From Octopus sinensis (Eukaryota): DNA of 64,000 bases. Shown piece after piece: positions 1 through 11,800 of this stretch. The stretch spans positions 116,064,001 through 116,128,000 of the forward strand of contig NC_043002.1 of NCBI RefSeq assembly GCF_006345805.1, read 5' to 3'. Positions within the stretch are counted from its first letter, which is position 1, and each line of letters starts with the position of its first letter. The notes under the pieces are model-generated. The model saw nothing but the letters and a program-made list of their open reading frames with translations. It made no database searches and was not told where the DNA came from. Position numbers and translations under genes: made by a program.

Positions 1-1335
1 GTGCAGGAGTGCCAACCGGTGCAAAGCTGAGGCAGTGTTTAGGATGTGCCAGCTGGTGCAAAGATGAGGCAGTGTGCAGGATGTGCCATCCAGTGCAAAG
101 ATGAGGCAGTGTGCAGGAGTGCCAACCGGTGCAAAGCTGAGGCAGTGTTTAGGATGGTGCCAGCTGGTGCAAAGATGAGGCAGTGTGCAGGAGTGCCAAC
201 CGGTGCAAAGCTGAGGCAGTGGTTTGGAGTAGGATGTGCACAACTGCAACTTGTGCAAAGCTGAGGCAGAGTTGTTTAGGAGTGTGTGCCAACTGGTGCA
301 AAGCTAAGGCAGTGTTTAGGATGTGCCAGTTGGTGCAAAGCTGAGGCAGTGTTTAGGATGTGCCAAATGGTGCAAAGCTGAGGCAGTGTTTAGGATATGC
401 CAAGTGGTGCAAAGCTGAGGCAGTGTTAGGAGGTGCCAGCTGGTGCGCAAAGCTGAGGCAGAGTTATGTTTAGATGTGCCAGTGGTGCAAGTGAGGCAGT
501 GTGTGCAGGATGTGCCAACTGGTGCAAAGCTGAGGCAGTGTGCCGATGTGCAGTGCAAGAGAGGCATGAGGTGTGCAGGTTTGTATGTGTGCCAGCTGGT
601 GCAAAGCTGAGCAGAGGTGTGTTTAGGATGTGCCAACTGGCGCAAAGCTGAGGCAGTGCAGCATGGCTGATGTGCACCAGTTGGTGCAAAAGCAGTGAGG
701 CAGTGTTTAGGATGTGCCAGCTGGTGCAAAGATGAGGCAGTGTGCAGGAGTGCAAACCGGTGCAAAGCTGAGGCAGTGTTTAGGATGTGCCAGCTGGTGC
801 AAAGATGAGGCAGTGTGCAGGATGTGCCATCCAGTGCAAAGATGAGGCAGTGTGCAGGAGTGCCAACCGGTGCAAAGCTGAGGCAGTGTTTAGGATGTGC
901 CAGCTGGTGCAAAGATGAGGCAGTGTGCAGGAGTGCCAACCGGTGCAAAGCTGAGGCAGTGTTTAGGATGTGCCAGCTGGTGCAAAGCTGAGGCAGTGTG
1001 CAGGATGTGCCAGCCAGTGCAAAGCTGAGGCAGTGTTTAGGATGTGCCAGCCAGTGCAAAGATGAGGCAGTGTTTAGGATGTGCCAACCGGTGCAAAGCT
1101 GAGGCAGTTTTCAGGATGTGCCAACCGGTGCAAAGCTGAGGCAGTGTTTAGGATGTGCCAACCGATGGAAAGCTGAGGCCGTGTTTAGGATGTGCAAGCT
1201 GGTTCAAAGCTGAGGTAGTGTGCAGGATGTGCTAGCCGGTGCAAAGCTGAGGCAGTTTGCAAGATATTCCAGCCGGTGCGAAGCTGAAGTAGCATGCAGG
1301 GTGTGCTTGCTGGTGCAAAGTCGAGGCAGTGTGCA
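1..1335. repeat. Tandem satellite, 36-37 bp unit (GTGCAAAGCTGAGGCAGTGTTTAGGATGTGCCAGCTG and variants), about 36 copies, runs off the window start
   Basis: GTGCAAAG anchors recur at 19, 56, 93, 129 (periods 37, 37, 36). The unit is not a multiple of 3, so the ORFs over it are artefacts. Confidence 0.95.
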
Positions 1336-1340
1336 GAAAT

Positions 1341-1893
1341 GCAGAATCTGTCAAGGGATTTGACAACACAAAACATACATGAAAAGGTAAAATGAAAGCA
1401 ACGTGAATTCAAGAAGCAAAGAGGCATGCAAACAACAATTTCAGTGAGGCAAAAATATCCGAAGCAGTGGGTATGTGTGGTGAAAAGCGAAAGAATAAAG
1501 ATGTTAGACAGTAAAAAGGCAGAAAAGGGTCAATCCATATAAAGATAGTTTGAAGGATGCAAGATGCCTGAAAGTGTCAAAATGGCAGCTGAGTAAGAGT
1601 AGAAATTACAGCAGTGCTTGCTGTGTCTGATGCAATTTTAGAAGCTGAAGTTTTACATCAGAGACACAGGGTGCAACGAGAGATGCTGTAACATGAGTTT
1701 TGTTCAGTGCTGTAAAATGAAGCAGAGTCAAGCTGGTGTAAATGAGCTGGCATCATGAGGCTGAAAAAATTCAGTCAGTCAAAGCAGTGAGTCGAACCAA
1801 TTGATGGAATCCAAAAGATGAGGTGGGTGTCAAAATGAAAGGGTGGAGAATAAATGGTCCGCAACAGTTGCATCATTGATAAAAATTGGAGGC
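1341..1893 (-). other. Degenerate ORF-like segment, possibly the 5' part of a retroelement, leading into the satellite
   Basis: Minus strand reads AAAGATGGCC then MASNFYQ*...LVRLTALTD*...SDVKLQLLKLHQTQQALL*...HFDTFRHLASFKLSLYG with several stops. No family motif recognised. Confidence 0.25.
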
Positions 1894-2279
1894 CATCTTT
1901 GATGTGGTGTTTAAATGGCAGCGAGTGGGAAAATTAAAGGTGAGTGAGGCCAGGTGAGTGTGATTTGGTGAGCATAATTTGCATGTGTTCCTTTTTTGCT
2001 CACTTATTCTTTGTTTTGGGGAATATTTCTGTGTGGATGAATAGAGAATTGCAATTGCTACCAACCAATGTTACACTTGTATTGTTATGAGTGGGAGTAG
2101 TTCATTATCGTAGATGTGTATGATGCTGTGACCACTGCAATGATGATAAACCACTCCTGAGGTCCAAGACCTATGATCTATGTAGCAAGAGAGGACGCTT
2201 GCACAATGAAAATTTATAGAGATATTGGGGTTACACATTTCCCAATATCTCTGTCTTTGCTGTGGAGGAGATAAATCTA

Positions 2280-3000
2280 CTGGTAAGGATGACAGAAATT
2301 TGGAAACAATGTGCTGTACTACTCCAATATGAGAATTTCAGAGTGTTTGGGTGTCAATTTGAAGACTGTGCAATCTGAGGACATGTACCGAGAGTGATAA
2401 AAATCAAACTTCCAGACGACATCATGGTGTTTGGAGTGATTTCTAGTGATGGCGATGTTATGCCTCCATTCATCTTCCCACATGGCCTCAGACTCAACAT
2501 GGGGGCCTACATCAAGTGCCTGGAGGAGGTAGTGCTGCCCTGGGTCAAGAGGGTGGCTGCTGGAAGGCCTTATATCTAGCAACAGGACTCTGCCCTTTGC
2601 ACACAAGCAGGAGAACCCAGTTATGGCTGGCAGACAATTTCTGTGACCACATCACTCCTAACATTTGGCCACCTAACTTCCCAGACTGCAACCCCCTTGA
2701 TTATTATGTGTGGGGCACAGCTGAGCAAGAGACCAACAAAACTCCTTGTAACACCAAAGAGGAGCTGAAGGCAAGGATTATGGCAGCATTCACCAACTTA
2801 AACAAGGAGACCATCCAGAAGAATTGCAGAAGATTCCAAAGTCGTCTCAAGGCTGTAGTTGAAGCCAATGGCAATTTTATTGAATAAATTTACTCTTTAG
2901 TATTTCAATATATTTCTATGTAATTTTGGTAAATATATCTGTTAAAATGTGTTGTTTTCATTTTTGTGTAATTTACATGACAGTTTATTCACTGCACCTG
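2280..3000 (+). mobile_element. Tc1/mariner superfamily maT-type (DD37D) transposase remnant, internally deleted
   Basis: IMVFGVISSDGDVMPP...QQDSA(frameshift)HTSRRTQ...WPPNFPDCNPLDYYVWG. 37 residues lie between the second and third catalytic Asp after repairing a 1-nt deletion. Ends ...CACCTG|TA. Confidence 0.85.
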
Positions 3001-3087
3001 TATGTGTGTTTGTGTGTGTGTGTGTGTGTGAGTCAGTCAGTCAGGTCATCCCATAAGTTCTGTCTGAATTTTGAATATATATATATA

Positions 3088-4232
3088 TCAGATCATCCCA
3101 TACGTTCTGTTTGAATTTTGAATAAAGAAAACAAGTGATCAAATGTTATATTTAATTGAAATTTAATCATTAATGTTCTTTCCCTGATTATCTATGACTT
3201 CCTTCCATCTATTTACATGCTTTTTAATCCCATCAATGGTTTCAAAGCGAAGAACTCTGAAATGTGAGTTTCGACTTCCTCCTGGCTTACGAAAGTTATG
3301 TCCCTCAAAGGATTCTGTAAACTACAAAACAAATGGTAGTCTGAAGGAGCAAGGTCGGGAGGAGAAGGTGGATGAGGAATTTTTTGTCAACCAAACTCTT
3401 CGATCTTCTGTGGTGTGATCTTTGCAGTGTGGGGTCATGCATTGTCCTGATGAAACATCACTCCTTTTTGATTCACTAAAGTGGGTCTTTTTTTCTTCAA
3501 ATCTTAGTTCAAACGCTCTAATTGCTGACAATAGACTTGAGCATTGATTGTTGCATTAGGTGGTAACAATTCAAAGTGAATTACTCCTTTGCACTCCCAC
3601 TAGATAGAGAGAAGTTCCCTCCTTGGTTGTGGTTGAGCCTTTTACCAAGTCAATGTTTATGACGTTTAGTATTTCAATAGAAGATCCATTTTCCGTCACC
3701 AGTCACAAGTCTATCCAAAAAGGGTGAAATGAGTTCACGAGAATGGAGAGAAGAGTAGATGTCAACTTGGGATTTGCAGTTGCTTTCAGACAGTTCATGA
3801 GGCACCCATTTTCCAAGTTTAGGAACCTTTATAAGTTGTATGGTTTTAACTAAGCTTTATTGCCAATTCTTCAAATGATAATGCAGGATTTTCTTCAAGT
3901 AATGCCTCAAGGAGCTTATCATGAAACTCAACTGGATTTCCTGTTCGATCTTCGTCTTCAAGGCTGAAATCTCCACTTCTGAATTTTGCAAACCATCTGC
4001 TGCAAGTTCTTTCATTCAAGCATTCTTTCCCATAAACGGAGTGTATGTTTCGAGTCACTTCGGCTGCAGAGTTTCCTTTTTTGAACTCTCTATTATTCTG
4101 CAAAAATAATATTTAATTAGTTTAAACGTACACAAATGCATAAAAATATTTTTAATTCCATTAGATATTCTAAAATACTATTAAATTTCATTGAATTTTA
4201 AAAAGGTAAAATGATATAGAAGTTATGGGATG

Positions 4233-4238
<6 letters not shown>
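3088..4238 (-). mobile_element. Mariner (DD34D) transposon, degenerate, with both TIRs
   Basis: N-terminal HTH ORF 3846-4103 (KKGNSAAEVTRNI...RWFAKFRSGDFSLEDEDRTG). C-terminal FHQDNA*PH...PDLAPSDYHLF. TIRs TCAGATCATCCCATACGTT and AGTTATGGGATGACGTGA, flanked by TA. Confidence 0.9.
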
Positions 4239-4284
<46 letters not shown>

Positions 4285-4289
4285 TATAA

Positions 4290-4355
<66 letters not shown>

Positions 4356-4425
4356 GACATATATAAAGATATAATGTGTGTTGGTCTCTGTGTGTGTGTG
4401 TGTGTGGTATGTGTGTGTGTGTGTG
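4239..4425. repeat. (TA)n and (TG)n microsatellites
   Basis: Direct reading. Confidence 0.95.
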
Positions 4426-5280
4426 TAATAATGAGTGGGAAAAAGAGTACTTATATACCATGGTAGAGTTCAGTAGTTTATTTTGGTTGAATCATCTGGT
4501 TACTGTTCTAGAGTTTTCTTGGGTGACTAGTTTATCAAGCAATTACTAATATATACATGATGAAACTTTATATAGTTATAAATATTGAGCACTTTATTGA
4601 ATCGTTGACAACTTCATATATCTATCGATATGTCTGTTTGTCTCTGTCTGTCTGTGTATGTTGTATTTGGATGATTGTTGACAGAGTGACTCCTCATAAG
4701 TTTGATTTATTTGTATACAAAGAACTGTTTGTTTTTAAATATTTTTTTGTCAAAGAGTTGTTTAACATCTGCTTTGACCTAAGCAAATCTTTTAATAGGA
4801 AATTCACCCCCTTGAGGGTGAATTTTCAAAATTAAAAATTTTCTTGGGCATTTTTTTGTGATCATTTTCACTTAGAAAATGGCTAAATCTAACAAAGAAG
4901 CCAGCGTTCCTCTTTTTGACTTTCCGTCGCTACCGAAGGCAAAGTTAGGGGAAGCTGAAATGTTGACAGCTATAAACACTAACAATTCAGATCTAAAGTA
5001 ATACATAGGTCAAAGACCAACATAACAGAAAACGATGCCAAAACTAATAATCACCTACACACACCTCCGCCACAACACATTAAAATCATACATGTCATAC
5101 AGAACATACACAATACACTGAAATCTCTCTACCTGGATGCAATACCTATCTAAAAATTATATAAAATGCTTCTGAGAGAAAATTGTGAGGTGAAGGACAA
5201 GCAACTTTCGAACAGTGACTCTCTCTCTCTCATTCTTTTCATCTTCCTTTTGTGTGTAAAGCACAACTTTCAATAGAAAC

Positions 5281-6500
5281 ATGCTCAGAACAGGTTGTAT
5301 AAATGTGTGTGGCTTGGGGTCGCCTTGGAAGCAAGGCTACCTTTTAAATGACATCAAGTCACAGAATGTGCATATGATAGCCATCAGTGAGATCAGACTC
5401 CACAACCTGCGGGCCCTCCAGCACATGTTTGGCGGGCAATTCAACTTTTATTTCTCTCCATGTCTGCCGAGAATGGACAGAGGTGGTACCATGGTGCTTT
5501 TTTGGAAGAGTCTGGACCTCAAAGTAAGAGCAATATTCCTAGACCTGGAGGGTAGGCTGGTTGTCTTTGTTGTTGATGGCAGTAATGTGTGTGTCTTTTG
5601 ACTGATAACAATTTATGCACCGTCCTTAACAGGTTGGCTGGATTTCTTTTGATGTCTAGAGGTTTTCTTGGGAACGTTTCAACCTTTACTTTTAGTGGGG
5701 GATTGGAATGCTACCTTTGACACACATCTAGACTACTTGGGTAGAGATAGGAATAGGAGGGAATGTAAATGCTTCAAAGACCTGCTCAGACGTTTCTAAC
5801 TGTCTGACAGGTACCGACTGGACCACCTGAATGTACCAATGTGGACATGGAACAAATGCATCGGGACGTCCAGATTGTATTTAGATTGAGTATTCTGTAG
5901 GACAGTGGATAGGGATAGTGTAGGTTGTCCACAATTTCATATAGTAAGCTACACAGATCACAAATTTGTGACCTGAACGCTTGATTTAGATAAGAGTCAT
6001 AGTCAGGGTCCTGGTTACTGGAAGCTGAATGCATTGTTCATAGTGCACCAAGCTTACAGGGACCAGATTAGCACATTAGTTAAGAGGGCATTGACGGGTG
6101 CCATCATCAACAGTAGATGGTGGTATGCCCTAAATAAAGCAATTAAATCAGAATTGGCTAGGTGTAGTAAGGCTCTAGCTATTGATGGAAATAGAATAGA
6201 GGGAGACCTAGTTAAGAAATTAGAAGAGGCACATAGAAGTGACATCGCATCCAACATGCTGGTGGCAAGGTTGGCCCTCAACCAGCATTTGAACACCAAA
6301 CACGAAGGATGCATTGTCAGAGCTAGGATGCATGCTCTGAGGAAGGAAGGACTTGGAGCTGCCTGAGAAGCCCTAGTGGTGGAGGCACAATGAGGCAACA
6401 AAGCCACCATTAGATCTCTGACAGATGAACATGGGTACAAATTATTTGAGCCCAAAAGAATGTGTGAGGTCTTTCAACAGCACTTTGCCTGACTGTTCGG
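5281..6500 (+). mobile_element. Tx1/L1-clade LINE ORF2 fragment (APE endonuclease and linker), pseudogenised
   Basis: GCINVCGL...IAISEIRL...TIYAPS...LVGDWNA...YTDHKFV...GPGYWKLN...GCIVRAR, with in-frame stops. Confidence 0.85.
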
Positions 6501-7019
6501 TACAAGTTGCCATCTGGTTATGTCCTTTAAGTATTATTTCATGATGTGCAAATAGATAACATGACTTTACTTTCAGATATACTCATTAGATTATTTTTTT
6601 TGTATTATCTGAAATAGAATACCTGCATATCTATTAATCCCCAAAACTGAATTATTATTGACTTTTATTAGATATTTCTACATAAATATTTCTACATAAT
6701 ATATAATATATGATAAGTAATACCCCAAGGTGCGATATGCATCTGCATATAATGATGAAGGGCTGTACCTGATTGATTTGGAAATTCAGTTTCCCAAATT
6801 ATTTAAATTAAATATGCATATATATATGCATATATATCTATCTATATGTATATATAGGTTGAAAATATGTGGAAAACATATAAAAAGTGGAAGAAGATTG
6901 CCTTCATTTCACAGTTTTATATCTTTTTGTAAAGAAATTAAAAAAATATATATATGCATATTCTATGGATGTAGTGATATCCAACCGGTTTTTACTATTT
7001 AAATTAGCTTTTCAAGGGA

Positions 7020-8162
7020 CATTGTGAAGTAATCAATTCTTGTGACAAAGAGGTCTTGCCATTTGGATGCTTGAAAAATAAGAATGAGTCTAGAAGTGGA
7101 CCGTGGGAGGTAACAGGTGGCAAGGGGGACAACTAACACCTCAGTATAATTTTTGAAGTGGTCAAGTTTGTATATTATTGTGTAGTCTGCAGTTTTGTAT
7201 GAACAAGTTTTCCTTGTTTAGGCATTCTTGTAAAGAGATTGAATCTTTACATTGGTATAATGGAAAGTTATGGAAATTCAGCATTTTATATCTTGCGCAT
7301 CTGTGGTTATGTTCACTCAGGGTTATCTGCCTATATTGAGGAAAATGAATCTGTTCTTTATGCAGTGTGACTCTGCGTATCTAAGTAAGGCTGGTTTGGC
7401 CCACATGATTGTGGCCACAACCTGAGCAGGTTAGGACATAGATAAGGTTCTGGGAAGCACATGTGAAGTTGGTCTTAATTGAGAATTTTTCTCCTTGCTG
7501 GAATATGAATTCTGAGCCTCCAGTTAGGTATGGGCCATAATTAGGTCATCTGCATTTTTTAACTGTTGGTTTCGTATGTATTGAGAATAATTTTGCATTT
7601 GTTAGGAGTCTCTTGAGTGATTTGTGTTGTCGTTTGCATTTGAGGAGTTTATGTGTATTTAGGATGTTGTTCATTTTTGGGTCTTGAGTGAGCAGAGGGA
7701 GATTTGTATAATTGTGTTGTATGCTTCATTGCTTCTGGGGTTTTGGGTTGTTATGTATGGGAGTGATTTAAAGTGAGGTGTGGTGTTTTGTTGTCCTTAG
7801 TGTGTTTGTGTCCAATTTCTTGGCACGTTTAATTCCATGTAAGTGCAGGTGGGTATTGACATTCAATGAGTGTTATTTTGAGGTCTTGTATGTGAAGTGG
7901 TTGTGTCAGATACAATTGTGCAGTTCATTTTAGCTAGATTGAATGGGATATTTATTTTGGTGTGTTTAGGGTGGCATGAACTGGAAAGGAGATACTGTTT
8001 TGAGTCTGTTGGTTTGTAGTAGATGTCAGTTGCAATTGGGTTGTTGGATTTTTTTAATAATCAAAATGTTTAGCAATAGAAGCTGTTCCTTGCTATATTC
8101 CATTGTAAATTTAATATTGGAGTTTATATTGCTCAGTGTGGAGACCACGACCTGTTCACTGA
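7020..8162 (-). mobile_element. Penelope-like element, 5'-truncated (RT thumb and GIY-YIG endonuclease)
   Basis: Minus strand LTCSGCGHNHVGQTSLT*IRRVTLHKEQI and TDIYYKPTDS. Homologous to the copy at 20.5-22.3 kb. Confidence 0.8.
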
Positions 8163-8179
8163 CAATACTCCGTGCTGCA

Positions 8180-8226
8180 TATCAGTGAACAGGTCATGGT
8201 CTCAAAGCGACAAAATATTTTGACAA
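8180..8226 (+). ncRNA. Degenerate hammerhead-like motif with G3-C8 core (GUGAACA)
   Basis: TCA-GTGAACA-G-GTCAT..GCGAC-[G missing]AAAATATT-T-TGACAA. The inverted copy at 8141-8166 restores stem I (TTGTCA) and stem II (GTCGT). Confidence 0.4.
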
Positions 8227-8364
8227 ATTAAATTTAAATGTTGAAGTGAATCTAACGGTTTTTGTGTGTTTCTTAAATGGCTTATAAACACGTTCCACAT
8301 TGCAATTGTTTTCGTTCCAGCATACAATCTCAGATCAGGTCACTTGCTATGCAAGTACATCTCC

Positions 8365-8404
<40 letters not shown>

Positions 8405-8819
8405 GGAGTAACAATAATAACTTTTTAAACCTATAATTTAACCCTTAGTTTAAAAAAAATGATTAGTGTAAAATATGATTGTTCCATAATTTAAATATTC
8501 CTTTAGACGATACCAGACATCAGTCTTTTCTTGATATTAGCTAAAATAAGTACAAAATATTTAGTCTAATATATTTTGAATTATTGTACTTTTTCTATAA
8601 GTCTTCTATTGGTGTAATAAGCATAACTTTACCATAGTTTTAGTGACTAAGCTATTTTATTCGTTTTCTATGGTGTTTGCTCTACTTGATATTTTCTTTA
8701 TTCTTTATTATATAAGTTTTTCATCTAATTTGGTATCTCATAAATCATACTTAGCGATATAAAACTATTACTTATTCCTATTATTTGTATGTATGTACAT
8801 ATTGTATATTGTATGTTCG

Positions 8820-11800
8820 TTTGTATGTATGGGTTGGACGTTCGACCGGGGTCTGGGGAGCCAGGGGCTGCCCCAGGCTCCAGTCTGATCTGGCAGTGTT
8901 TCTACAGCTGGATGCCCTTCCTAACGCCAACCACTCCGCGAGTGTAGTGGGTGCTTTTTACGTGCCACCTGCACAGGTGCCAGAGGGGTCTGGCATCGGC
9001 CACGATTGGTTGGTGCCTTTTTATGTACCACCGGCACAGAAGCCAGTCAAGGTGGTGCTGGCATCGGCCACGTTCGGATGGTGCTTTTTATGTGCCACCG
9101 GCACAGAAGCCAGTCGGGTCGGTGCTGGCATCGGCCACATTCGGATGGTGCTTTATATGTGCCACCAGCACAGAAGCCATTCGAAGCGGGGTTGGCATCG
9201 GTCACTTTCGGATGGTGCTTTTTCTGTGCCACCGGCACAGAAGCCAGTGGAGGCTGCACTGGCAATGGCCGTTCGGATGGTGCTTTTTATGTGTCACCTG
9301 CACAGGTATCACAACTACTGTTTCCATTGATATTTGGTTCGATGTTCATGTGCCACCGGCACAGAAGCCATTCGAGGCGGGGTTGGCATCGGTCACGTTC
9401 GGATGGTTCTTTTTATGTGCCACCGGCACAGAGCCAGTGGAGGCTGACTGGCAACGGCCACGTTCGGATGGTGCTTTTTATGTGTCACCTGCACAGGTAT
9501 CACAACTACTGTTTCCATTGATATTTGGTTCGATCAGTTGGGGCGGCGCTGGCAATGGCTACGTTCGGATGGTGCTTTTTATGTGCCACCGTACAGAAGC
9601 CAGTCGGGGCAGCGCTGGCTGGCATCGGCCACGTTCGGATAGAGCTTTTTATGTGCCACCGGCACAGGAGCCAGTCGGGGCGGGGGTGCTTTTTATGTGC
9701 CACCGGCACAGAAGCCAGACGGGGCGGAGCTGGCATCAGCCACGTTTGGATGGTGCTTTATTATGTGCCACCGGCACAGGAACCAGTCGGGGTGGCGCTG
9801 GCATCGGCCACGTTCGGATGGTGCTTATTATGTGTCACCAGCACAGGTATCCCAACTACTATTTCCATTGATATTTATATTTATTTCGATGTTCATGTTC
9901 ATGTACTTGACTCAACAGGTCTCCTCAAGCACAGCGGGACATTCTGGGATCCGGGGTACTTTGAATGGGCAGGGGCTATGCGGAACTGATGCAGGAAGCA
10001 GCCCGGATCTTTGCAGTCGCAGAATATCTCCAGAGATCTCGGTCCTTCGCCATTGCCTCAGTGAGGCCCAACGCTCTGAGGTCATGCTTGACTACCTCGT
10101 CCCATGTCTTCCTGGGTCTACCTCTTCCCTGACCCTTCAACTGTTTGGGAGTGGCACTTCTTCACACATCTCTCCTCATCATCCGCAGCCATGACCAAAC
10201 CATCACAGCGTCGCTCTTCTGCACACCCATCTGATGCTTCTTATGTCCAGCTTTCTCTCAGGGTGCTTACACTCTGTCGTGCATGCACACTGACATTACA
10301 CATCCTGCGGATCATGCTAGCTTCATTTCTTCAGTCTACGCATGTCCTCTGCAGTCACAGCCCATGTTTCACTACCGTGAAGCATTGCAGTTCGCACACA
10401 TGCATCATACAATCTACCTTTCACTCTGAGTGAGAGGCCCTTTGTCGCTAGTAGGGGTAGGAGCTGTCTGAACTTTGCCCAGGCTATTCGTATTCTAGTA
10501 GTGATACTCTCTGAGCATCCACCTCCACTACTAACTTGGTCACCCAGGTAGCGGAAACTATCAACTACTTCTAGTTTCTCCCCCTGGAGTGTGATGGAAT
10601 CTGTTTTCTGAGTATCTGTGGTGTCTATTGTCCCTGTGCATCTGCCGCACATGAAAGCTGTCTTATCAGTTAATTCCCTTTGATGTTGCTGCCACCTCTA
10701 TGCGTCCATAGCTTACATTGGGTGGTCATCTTATGGAGTTCTAACTGCACCTTTGCTACAGATCGCTGGCCAGGGCCACCCTGCCTCAGGGGGTGTGTGT
10801 GAGTTGCGTCCTTCTGCTTACTATAAAGCTTGTCTTTGCTACATTTACTCTAAGGCCTTTGATTCTAACCCTTGCTTCCACACACAAAATTTCTTTTCTA
10901 TTTCCGGTAGTGATTCTCATGAGGGCCAGGTCGTCAGCATGGAGGAGCTCCCAGGGGCATCCTGTTTTGAATTCCTCTGTTATTGCCTGGAGGACTATGA
11001 TGAATAAAAGGGGACTGAGGGCTGAGCCTTGGTGTACACCTACTTCTACCCGGAATTCTTCACTATATTCGTTGCCAATCCTAACCTTGCTGACAGCCTC
11101 TCTGTATAGAGCCTGTACAGCCCTTATTAGCCATTCATCAATTTCCAGTTTCCGCATCGACCACCAGATAAGGGATCGAGGAACCCTGTCAAAGGCTTTC
11201 TCCAAGTCCACAAAAGCTATGTAGAGGGGTTTATCTTTACCTAGGTACTTCTGCAGTTGTCGGACCAGAAATATAGCATCAGTGGTGCTTCTACCCGGCA
11301 CAAAACCGAACTGCATCTCATCTAAGCAAATTCTCTCCCTAATGAGATGGGTTATGACCCTCTCTGTGACCTTCATCACCTGATCCAACAGTTTAATACC
11401 CCTGTAGTTATTTCTATCTAGGGCATCACCCTTACCCTTGTAGCAGTTGACTATGGTGCTGCTACGCCAGTCATTGGGTATGACTCCATTGCGAACTACC
11501 TGGTTTACAATGCGGGTGACTAGGCCATAGCCCACATAGCCAGCTGTTTTAAGCATCCCAGTAGTGATTCCTGATGGACCGGGGGCTTTACCTGTTTTCA
11601 TATCCTTAATTGCCTTATCTACAAGGGAGCTGTCTATTCGGATAGCTGGTCCCTCTACTGGGTCAACATTTGCAGGCTCTCCTCCTCCCATTCATTCTCC
11701 TCATTCATTCGCAGTCTTCATAATGCTTCTCCAAGCCTCTTTCTTTTCACCCGACATTAAGAGCAAGTGCCCCATCATCCATGTGGACACATTTCTCTCT

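Noticed and set aside
1-1335. CRISPR-like regular 36-37 bp repeats and long ORFs over them
   Set aside because: There are no unique spacers, no cas genes and the context is eukaryotic. The unit is not a multiple of 3, so the ORFs are repeat artefacts.
8400-8780. Very AT-rich segment that looked like a NUMT or a minus-strand exon (YQEKTDVWYRLKEYLKLW)
   Set aside because: I recognised no mitochondrial gene or rRNA motif. The frame is stop-flanked and has no usable donor.
8785-10194. Several 150-300 aa ORFs with repeated peptides (also at 12.4-13.0 and 25.8-27.3 kb)
   Set aside because: They are stop-poor readings of GC-rich RTE 3'UTR modules in multiple overlapping frames.
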